A DNA stretch of 64,000 nucleotides. It comes from Glaucostegus cemiculus. Its lineage: Eukaryota. Shown here in pieces: positions 54,721 through 64,000 of the stretch (position 1 is its first letter; every line of letters begins with the position of its first letter). The translations under genes were made by a program, and so were the position numbers. The DNA lies in NCBI GenBank assembly GCA_976551045.1, contig CDPCPM010000120.1, forward strand, positions 3,100,001 through 3,164,000, read 5' to 3'. The notes under the pieces were generated by a model. That model was not told the DNA's origin. It saw only the letters and a list, made by a program, of their open reading frames with translations, and did not search any database.

Positions 54721-56345
54721 TGGAATTATATTACACTAGGTCAAAATTCTAGATCCTCCTACTTAACAGCACTCTGGGAATACCTTCATCTGAACCACCA
54801 CAGCAGGCCAATACAGCAACATCTCATCACCTTCTCAAAGGCAATCTGGGGTGGCAGTTCAATTAAATTCTTCATTGGTGCCAACAAATAATGAAATAAA
54901 GAACGAATGGCACTTTCAATGAACTACCTTTCCGAGAGCTGCAGCAGTCTGGGCTGATTGGCTGACAGAAAAAGTGAGGGCACTGACATAATGGCAATGG
55001 TGGGATTCACAAATACAGTTATCCTGAAAAAAGACACTGCAACTCCCTCTGTAACCCTAGCGATCTGCTGGAAGGTAGATTATGGGACTAGTGTGACATT
55101 CTCAAAACTCCTTCTATGTTGGTATCAAAAACCATGATGGTATCATTCTGAGCTTGGAATGCAGAAAGCTGTACTTCCACTTCAATACTCCAATGTTGGA
55201 TTGCTTCTTTCTGTGCTACATTTACCCAAGTCACCAGAGATTGCATGATATCTGGGTCAACACGTGTTGAAATGGAACCAGCCACTGCTTTATACTATGT
55301 CCTACACAAAGACACAAGCCAGGTTGGAGCTGGATTCATCCATGCTGCTTGACATTTCATGCAAACTTGGCCTTGGACTCCTTCTTTTATCTCTCCACCA
55401 TAGCCCTTGTCTGAATCCTCTGGAATAAAACTCATGTGTGGCCATAACTTGCAGGGACTGGGAACTTGCTACCCTACACTTGTCCTGGTATTTGTGCCTG
55501 ATGACTCATTATGAACAGATTCTGCCTCTAAACTACCCTCTACAGTATATAGAATGCTGGCACCTGAGTAGCTGAGCAACTGTCAAATCAAAGGATGGGC
55601 TGTTTACTTCTTCACTGTCTGGTGCACAAGTAGTCAGCACCTGACTAGACTTGAGTCCTTGCCTTCCCAAACACAAGAACGCAAATAATCTTTGTTATGT
55701 TGAGAAGAAGGGAACAGATAATATATGCATAATTAATCCATCTGAATTTTGTAGATATGAAGAGGTTATGGTCCGAAGAGGAAGTGGAACATGAGAAGGA
55801 GCATAAGACTTCTGCATATCATCTTGAAAGGTATCTGCTTCCCTGCTGGCCAAGGACTGTGGCAACGTAACAAGGATGCTACCACCCTCTGTTCGAGGCT
55901 GCTCAGTTGACCAACACAGTACTGTCAGTGATGTTGCTGGCACCAATTGTGCTGCCAGATACAAACGTTTTGGTGAGTGTACTGGAGTGTGTCTCTACAA
56001 TTTCTCAGCTGTGACTGATTAACTGGAAGTAGATGTGAAAATGCAATCTGTGGTTGGAAGTGTAAAAGGTTATCCCTGGGTGGAAGAGAGTGCTGGAGTA
56101 ACAGGAAGTCTATCAGGATAGAAACGGGACAAATCAATGCTAAGCAGGAGTCACGAATGTTAGAAGTTGTTGATAGCTANNNNNNNNNNNNNNNNNNNNN
56201 NNNNNNNNNNNNNNNNNNNNNNNNNNNNNNNNNNNNNNNNNNNNNNNNNNNNNNNNNNNNNNNNNNNNNNNNNNNNNNNNNNNNNNNNNNNNNNNNNNNN
56301 NNNNNNNAAGATAGGACCTTTCTGATATTTTAGTTGTCCTTGGCT

Positions 56346-56530
56346 TCATGTGTAACATCACTGCACTTTTTCCAGCATAGTGCCTGGGATCTTTTGTTGT
56401 CTTTGTCAGCCACCTCCTCCTACTGGCATTTCATAACAGATCGAGAAACATTCCTGGGTCCTTCAGCAGAGAAGAGCTCTCTCCTTCTCTCCAGTTAAGG
56501 CATTCAGATCAGCATGCATAAAAGAAGTGC
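56346..56530 (-). mobile_element. Myb/SANT-like domain relic of a PIF/Harbinger DNA transposon; element probably extends to ~55000
   Basis: Minus-strand translation FMHADLNAL / LERRRELFSAEGPRNVSRSVMKCQ*EEVADKDNKRSQALCWKKCSDVTHEAK resembles the Harbinger ORF2 pattern RF...LE.L...ERRR.LF....WEEVA..VN.....QC.KK..D; contains a stop and a frameshift. Confidence 0.6.
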
Positions 56531-56854
56531 CCTTACTTCCTTATCTGCTTTGTTGTGGCTTGCTGCAACTCTGAAACCCCTGCCAATGTTGGTTGAAGGC
56601 AATGAACATAACTATTCAAGAGATATTATCATGGCTTCAGTGACCCTCACCTGCTCTGAGTAACTCCCAACATTAAACACTGTCAATATTAACTAATGTG
56701 TTACACAGAACAGTTGCCACTGGCCAGATACTGCATTTAAAACAATGTATTCAACAGATTTCTGGTGTAATCTGCGCTTGGCCAAAATTATGCCAGTTCT
56801 TCATACTTTGCAGTTCCAGCATGATCAGATTTCTCCCTTACTTTGATTTAGAGA

Positions 56855-57105
56855 TTGTCTGAGGAGTAAATATTAGCTAAGATGTCAGAAAGAACTCCCA
56901 TCTTCTTCTTTGAAATAATGTCATTGTATTTTTGCATCCACCTCAGAAGAAAGTAGAAGCTTGACTTAATGCTTCATCTGAACAATGGCATCTGTAGCAG
57001 TGCCAACAGTCTTGACTTCTTGCTGAAGTATTCAGTATGGGACTTGAACCCACAATCTTCTGATTCCAAGCCAAGAGGGCTGCTACCACTGCCCCACAGT
57101 TGATG
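56855..57105 (-). mobile_element. Deu-domain SINE relic
   Basis: taaatattagctaagatgtcagaaagaactccc...ctttgaaataatgtcat...ttaatgcttcatctgaa...gggacttgaacccacaatcttctgattc (reverse B-box and Deu core). Confidence 0.7.
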
Positions 57106-58209
57106 CAAAAACTAGAGAGAAAAAAAACAAAGCTTGCTGAAACATAAAAATTGGTTGCTCCACAGACAGGTTGAAGGTATGAGAAGGATGAAGTGGAATT
57201 GGAGGAACAAATTTCATGGGAACATAGATGAAGTTATTCTTAAAGAAACTGAGGAGGAGATAATCAATGCCATTACAGTGGAACAGGGAAATGAGATTGC
57301 AGCAGAGAGCAGGTTGGAATTGGTAATCATTTTGAGGGTTCAGAAGAATGGTGGCTCCACAACTGATGGTTAAGGATATCTGATGACTCTCCATTTGTTA
57401 GTTTTGCAGTTTGTAGATAGTGTTGTGGAGGCCAGCGTTTTAGTGATACTTGGCAATATCTAATGACTTGCATGGGAAAAACAGCAGTTTCTGTTGATTG
57501 TGTGACTTTGTAGAAGAGCAAATATTTTCAGTGTAAATTACTTCTTCCTTTAGATTCCCCATGAGAAGCTTTTAAAACATCTCCTACCTGTTAATTTTTT
57601 GTTTAGATTGCTATCCCAGTTGCTGTTGAGCCCTGACATTTCTGATTAGGAAGAAGTGAAGCTGTTTGTAGTACACATGTTGATGCCACCTTTATGATAA
57701 CAAATTTCATGGAAATCACGTCTTTACTGAGAATATGACTTAGCTCTAAAAACACAATAATCCTACCAAAATCTATAATTGACAAGATTTATATTTCACA
57801 TTTATAATTAATATCTAAAGCTCTATCTTTCCAGTTAACTTGTCTGGTGTGATATAAATTAAGTATTTATTGAAGATTTATTTAATTTTAGCACTGTAGA
57901 ACTCATAAATAACAATCATCTGTAAATTATCAGGTTTGCCTGATCATGCAATATAAGCACAGCTTTTAATCCTTCAATATTCTCCATTTAAAATTCACAA
58001 GTTTGAATGGGATTGCAAGCTTTGAAATCAAAACTGAGAAATAAAAGAAAGGTCTTCTTAAAAATTAATTGTGAAATTTAGAACCATGTACAAGCACCCT
58101 TTTTATTTATAACAAATTCCATTAGAACCTCTGATATAGAAAAAAAATCTCTGCCACTTTACAAAGGCTTCTTTAAAAAAAAATACTCATACTAACTCAG
58201 TAAAGGGTG

Positions 58210-58700
58210 ACCATAGATTTGGTCCAAGAAATGGATTTTAAGGGTCTTAAAGGGAGGTCATAAAAATGGAAAAGAAAGGAATTCTGCAGCATAGGACCTT
58301 CATGGGACTGAAGGCACTGTTGAGATTTGTGAACTAAAAAGAGATAGCTGACTCAGTCCTCTTGGCATCCTAAGTGGTATTTGGAGGTAAGAACTGGAGG
58401 GTCTACAGTAACAGAGGTCATAGACCTAAAGAAAATCATGATAATTGTTAAATTGAAACGCTGTGGAACATGGGACATGACAGGATATGGAGAGTGGAGT
58501 TTTGGATGAGCAAAAGTTGACATGGATTGGAGGATGCAAAGCATTTGGGGTGAAAAAGCTCACTTTAGGTTTGGATAGTTCAGCCTGAAACAATGACCAT
58601 AGAGGATGTTAGAATCAGTCATTGTGGAAGAGTTGTTGGTAGAAGCTGAAACTATAAGCTTTGGACTTATCAGTGTTCACCTGGTGCTGTAAGTCATCAC
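58210..58700 (-). mobile_element. Heavily degraded L2-like LINE fragment
   Basis: ggattttaagggtcttaaagggagg...ggaattctgcagcataggacc and tttggatgagcaaaagtt resemble the reverse complement of L2 3' sequence. Confidence 0.45.
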
Positions 58701-59139
58701 AACATAATACAAATAAAACATCTTAATTAAGAATTAGAGAAGTATCATGCCTAATCAATGCCACCTTTATGCCAATTATTTCTTTGGATGCCTCCATAAA
58801 AATTCTTGAATAATTTGTAAAAGCCTTGTTTTTTCAAAATATTTAATTCATAATTATTGGATATGCAGTTTATTACATTGCCTCTCCTAACAAATTATTT
58901 TCCCATTTTGGTTAATGACTCATTTCCATCTAGTTTATTAGGTAAGGTTTCTCATATCTATTAAACTAGGATTGATATTCATTTAAGAACAGTAATTGCA
59001 AATTAAAAACATATCAATTACAAATAAGCCATAATTATTTTAGTCTGTTTTAGTCATGGTTGAGGGATGAATGTTGAGCACCACACTGGAAGGAATTCCA
59101 AAATTAACACAACATTTTGGCTCCAATCAAAACGAATGG

Positions 59140-59163
59140 AACAACAACAACAACAACAACAAC
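59140..59163. repeat. (AAC)8 microsatellite
   Basis: Read directly. Confidence 0.95.
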
Positions 59164-59749
59164 AGAATAGTATGTCAAAAGGTGCTTTCACGGGGGAAGT
59201 TTTGGCAGGGCAGGTAGTATAACATTTATCCAGGTTGAGAGCATTCAGGAAAGCCACCAATGAACCAAGTTTGTGCTATCGTCAACATGCAAGCACAATC
59301 ATTTAGAATAAGATTGTAGATATTTACAATTGAACCAGAGATGTAAATAAGCCAGAATGGTGTACTGATAAGAAATTGGCTGATTAAACCGGTACAAATG
59401 AGTTAGACTGGCAATGTTAGGGATACCACAAGCTTTGTCAGAAAGTTACCCTCACCCTTGAAGTGAGCAGATATTCTGGAACCACGGGCAGAAAAGGGAG
59501 GCGATTGTTGATCCACGTGTAGAATCCCAGGGCAGAGGTGAAATAGAGGGAGTGCATTGATAAAGTATGACAAAATCCATAACCAGCCACAGTGACCTCC
59601 TCAGCAACTCCTTTATAAAATACTGAGTGGCGCAGAGTGTAGCCATAACCCAGCGGTTCCACCCTGGGGACTGCCAAGTGAAAAATGCACTGGTGAGAAT
59701 GAGATAGCCTATTACATCTACTTGGTTTGCTCACCATCTCCTATAGACT

Positions 59750-60200
59750 ACGACGTACTGGTGCCTGCCGACAGGACGCCGAATCTGTACTGTTGCACTG
59801 CGACAGAGCTGGCACCCCGCCCCGGGGGCAGCAGGGCCGAGCAAATACAGCGAGCGGCGCCAATGTGCAGACCAGGTGGGGAAGCCGTCTGCTTTCCAAG
59901 GCGCGCCGCGCTGCCGGTGATGGGGCGACCAGGGAGGGGCTGGAGGGCAACGGGAAAGCGCCGCCCTTCCAATGAAAGAAGTGAATCTGTTCTCAGAAAC
60001 TGCAACGTCAGTCGAGCCACGTTCGGTGAAAAGCCTGCTCCCGGGTAAACTTCGGGCGTCGGGCGGCCTCCCTGCCTCCCTCCTTCCCGCCGCCCGCCGG
60101 TGAGGCAGGTGGCTGAGCACGTGACTGGAGTTTGGCGAACAACTTACACTTACCAAACTTTGCCTCGTCGTTTGCTGCCTCTCACTTTGCTCGAGTGATG
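59750..60200. promoter_or_regulatory. Isolated CpG island, candidate promoter / first exon
   Basis: Abruptly GC- and CpG-rich within CpG-depleted DNA. CCAAT near 59859 and 59969, GGGCGG at 60061, ACGTCA near 60005, donor-like CCG|GTGAGG at 60097-60105. Confidence 0.55.
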
Positions 60201-60464
60201 AAGACCTAATGCAGAGTCTTAAAAGTCTGAACTTGGACCCGAAGTGGACCTGAATCGTTAATTCTTGTTTTCCTCTTCAAAGATGCCGCCCGACTTGCTG
60301 AATATTGCCAGCATTGCCTATACCTTTACCCAACAACTAGATTGTTAAATTGTACTGTCTGAACACTGGGCTTGATCTGAACACGTGTTGTTGTGAAGTG
60401 TAAGTAAACACACTATTTACACTGCTTTATTCAGTTGCTATTCAGATTTTATCTAAAGCAGTTA

Positions 60465-60617
60465 CTCTACTGTTATTGTTTTTACCTGTACTACATCAGT
60501 GCACTCTGTACTAACTCAATGTAACTGCACTGTGTAATGAATTGACCTGTACGATCGGTTTGTAAGACAAGCTTTTCACTGTACCTTGGTACAAGTGACA
60601 ATAATATACCAATACCG
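60465..60617 (+). mobile_element. Rex1-type LINE 3' UTR end
   Basis: tgcactgtgtaatgaattgacctgtacgatcggtttgtaagacaagcttttcactgtaccttggtacaagtgacaataat is homologous to 696-775. Confidence 0.8.
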
Positions 60618-60787
60618 AGTACCACAGAAGGAACCAGGGCAAATAAAAAGTGAAGCATTGAAGTTTATTACATTTTAGAAAATATGAGAGCTCAATTTCC
60701 TGTTGTTTTCTTTTTACATATCTGGTGCAGTATCTAATAATATGATATAACAGAGTGACTTGTTAAATGTTGATGTACTTTTTAGAT

Positions 60788-61068
60788 TGGTAGCCTGACA
60801 CCCTTTCAAAATTGCACTTTCCTTGCACCAGTATGTTTAGTTGTCAAGTCACAGTCACGTGGTAGTTAGTTCAGAGCTGTGAAATCTGTTCAGAATCCAC
60901 CCTATCACCTCATGGACTGTGTAGTAGTAACCCTTTCCAATGGTGTCATGAAAAATGTAGTGAGAATGAGATAACCTATTACATCTACTTGGTTTGCTCA
61001 CCATCTCCTGTAGACTAAGACGTACTGGTGCAAGGAAAGAACAATTTTAACAGAGTGTCTGGCAACCA
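60788..61068. mobile_element. MITE-like element (~281 bp) with ~53 bp imperfect terminal inverted repeats
   Basis: tggtagcctgacaccctttcaaaattgcactttccttgcaccagta pairs with tactggtgcaaggaaagaacaattttaacagagtgtctggcaacca, including a perfect 17 bp core. Confidence 0.75.
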
Positions 61069-61479
61069 CGAGCTTGGATTTGATTAGTGATGATGTTACC
61101 AAGCCAATACTTGTGATGAGTCTTGAAAACTCCACATGAGGTTCCTAGGCTTACTTCCTCTCGACCATGCACCACTGTACATCACCTCTGGTGGGTCTGT
61201 TTTGTGATCTGTGATGATGGGATTGGGTATGTTGGTTGTGAGGTATGAATATGTAAGGCTACAGCTTATGGTCTGCAAGGCAGCTTTCCCTATTTAAACA
61301 CTATCTTACTCAAGAAACAAACTTTGCAAGGTCACTGAACTGGGAGTGATGTTGTCATGTCCAAATTCAATGCATTGGTTAATACTAGGGGGCTTTTTTT
61401 TTCTTCGGTTTTCTTGTTCTGTTTTAACATCACAGTTTTGATACAACAGAAAGGCTTGCTTTTTCATTTTGGGGAGCAG

Positions 61480-61745
61480 TTGAGTGTCTTAATCTGGATC
61501 TGGTGTCAGCTAGATTTCTCTACCTGAAGGCAATATAGAACCAGATGCAAATTTAGGAATAATCTGGGACATGCCATGGTTACCATTACTGAGGTTAGAT
61601 TTTTTTTTGACATTCAGTATTATTTAATTAACAGATTTTAATTCTCCAGCTGCACAGGTGGGATACAAAGTTATGCTTCTGCATTGGTTGTCCAGATCTC
61701 TGAATCACTAGGCTGGAAACTTAACCACTGCATTGCCATTCCCTG
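61480..61745 (-). mobile_element. Degraded tRNA-derived SINE
   Basis: agatttctctacctgaagg...gaaccagatg...atggttaccattactgag...attctccagctgcacaggtgggat...ttaaccactgcattgcca, a SINE-like layout I recognise from shark genomes. Confidence 0.5.
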
Positions 61746-61754
61746 TGCAGGGCT

Positions 61755-62270
61755 GAAACATAAATGGAAATTAAAAAAGAGAACTGGTTGAAAAAAGATA
61801 TTGGCAGTTAAAATCAGGGAAAACCCTGAGGTGTTTTATAAATACATGAAGGGAAATAGATGACAAAAGAAAGAGTAGCACCATTAGAGACTAATCCTGT
61901 AATTTGACTGTGAAGGCTGAAGATATGTGCAGTTAGAAATGAATGTGTGTCATCCATCTTTATGGAAGAAGATTACACAATCATTGGCATTAAGGAGGAA
62001 AAAAATAAAGTATTGGAAACAATAAGGATAATATACTTAGGAGTTCAGCATGGTCCAGAGCCTTAAGGGAAAAATGTGAAAATTGTGCTGGCCAAAGTGG
62101 ATTACAATAAACGATAATCAGAGCCAGAGGTGTGCTGCCAAAGGATTGGAAAGTTGTTGATGTGTTAACTTTTGCTTAAAAAGGGATGGACCAAGAAATT
62201 TCAGCCCAAACTGCCCAGTTATCAGTCAGATTATTGCAAACAATTCTAATCAACAGAATAGAACATAGAA
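61755..62270 (+). mobile_element. CR1 LINE ORF2 internal relic; related 3' relic at ~62660-63075
   Basis: LAVKIRENPEVFYKYMKGNR*QKKE matches the CR1 pattern LA.KIKENPK.FY.Y.K.KR. Confidence 0.7.
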
Positions 62271-62275
62271 CAGTG

Positions 62276-62480
62276 CAGCACAGGAACAGGTCCTGTGGCC
62301 CAGGAAGTTATGCCAAACTACTTGAACTAGTAATTAAAAGCCTAACTAAACTAATCCCTTTTGCCAACACAATGTCCATATCCCTCTATTCTATGCACAT
62401 TCATGTGCCTACCCTAAGAGCCTTTTAAACACCTTTTATCATATTTGCATCCACTACCACCCTTGACAGCGCATTCCAGT
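62276..62480 (-). mobile_element. CR1/HER1-type LINE 3' tail nested in the older CR1 relic
   Basis: agaatagaacatagaacagtgcagcacaggaacagg...ggccc...catccactaccacccttgacagcgcattccag. Confidence 0.75.
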
Positions 62481-64000
62481 CAGGGAGGTCATCCTACTGA
62501 AGTATAAATAGTAGAAACCAAAAAATAAAACAAAAACTGCAAATGCTGGAAATGTGAAATAAAAACATAAAATGCTGGGAACATTCAGTAGGTCAAGCAG
62601 CATCTGTGGAAAGAGAAAGAGTTAACATTTCAGATTGAAAACCCTTCATATAAAATACCAGTTGGGTCAGAGTTGGAGCATCATGTACAATTTTCAAGAA
62701 TGATGTGAAAGCACGCAAGTTAAGAGGATCTAGAAGTAAATTACAATGATGTTGCTGGTGTAATAAAATACTGGTTATGAAGAGAGATTGGCTGGGCTAG
62801 AATTATCCGCTCTGGACCAAAGGAGACTGAGGGAAGATTCAGCTGAAGTTTAGGGAGGGTGAATAAGAAGAACCTGTTTCATTCAGCAGTCGATAACTTG
62901 GAAAGCAACAACTTAATTGGCACAAGGATTGGGAAGAGTCTCATCATGATGGGGACGGAGGAACTAGGAGGATGGAATGGCAAAACTGGAGGCATGGTGG
63001 GAAGAAGTACATCAAAATAGGTGTGGGAGCCTCTAAGCTTGTAATGGATATTTGTGGCCAGCTTATCTCCTGAGATCTAGAAAGGGAAGAATCAGGTGGA
63101 CCATGTGAAGGTAAAAACAGTGGAAATTAGTAATGACAGTTTCAATTTCCATATGAATGCAGGAAATAGCACCAATGCTGTTGTCGCTGTTTTCCATGAC
63201 ATCTTGCCACATTCTTTAAAAAAAATTGAACTGAAAGCAGCAATTCTTTTTTTTATCACTTTTGATTACTTAGAATACCAACTGTTTGAAGACTGCGATT
63301 GGATCGAGAAGATGTCTTTAATGGCTAATTTGTGATATTGTGCAGTAACTTGTAATTCTGTCATGTGTTGTTTTGAACAGGGAAAGATTCCAAGAAGAAT
63401 GAAATGAGAGCTTTGTGTAAATATTCAGCATCGATATAGAAAAAACACATATGAAGGAATGAGGTACCAGTTATCATTTAATTGCATTCTGATTTCATTC
63501 TCTACTCATTGTTAAATAAAGGTGGTAAATCTCAACTCCTACTTAGTGGGATTGCTGTTTCTTAAGTTTTTATGTATTATCTTAATCAATCTTCTTTATG
63601 TCAATTGATATTTTATTAAATGTGACTTTCCAAATACTGTATTGATTTTAACTTTGGATATAATCAAGTTTGGTAGGATGATGAACAGAAGGAAACACAC
63701 TGAGTTTAAGTCTTTCTATTTAATTCAATCTTTTTCCTGCTCAAGAGTCAATAGGAGTACTGCTGGTGGGTAGGTGTGGTAAATGGGGTGAGAGGTTGAC
63801 TCTCTGATGGACATAAGGGAACAGTCCCCAATATAAAGGTAGTGATAAGCAGAGAAAATGGGTTAATCTGCAAAGAGCGACTGATGGTAGAAGGGAGTAG
63901 GAAGGCTGGAGCTTCAGAAGCCCAGGGATTTCTTGGAATACCTTATGAAATGTTCCTTCTCTGACTAGTCTATTAGGAATCGTAGATGTGGTTAGAATTT

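Noticed and set aside
59693-59764. Duplicated 72-mer as a snoRNA, miRNA or SECIS element
   Set aside because: No C/D or H/ACA boxes in proper positions, only a 7 bp stem, and the second copy is part of a TIR element.
1-64000. CRISPR arrays, tRNA/rRNA genes or prokaryote-type systems
   Set aside because: No regularly spaced repeats or intact RNA genes seen; the sequence is vertebrate and tRNA-like boxes occur only in SINE heads.

Overview
Vertebrate genomic DNA, very probably from a cartilaginous fish (shark or ray), judged from the repeat families (HE1-like V-SINEs, Deu-type SINEs, CR1, L2, Rex1, RTE and Penelope relics) and a FOXG1 protein lacking the mammalian His/Pro/Gln tracts. The only convincing protein-coding gene is the single-exon forkhead gene foxg1 (+ strand, 30290-31519), with a GC/CpG-rich promoter and a 3' UTR carrying miRNA seed sites. 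It sits in a ~30 kb CpG-retaining, almost transposon-free block (~15.8-46.3 kb) flanked by CpG-depleted DNA full of degraded repeats. Points worth follow-up: an out-of-frame uORF overlapping the foxg1 start codon, an indel-free 242 bp inverted repeat pair, Penelope-type fold-backs with minimal hammerhead ribozyme cores, and an orphan CpG island next to a duplicated MITE segment. Repeat boundaries are approximate and family calls come from motif recognition, not database searches. Four N gaps are present.
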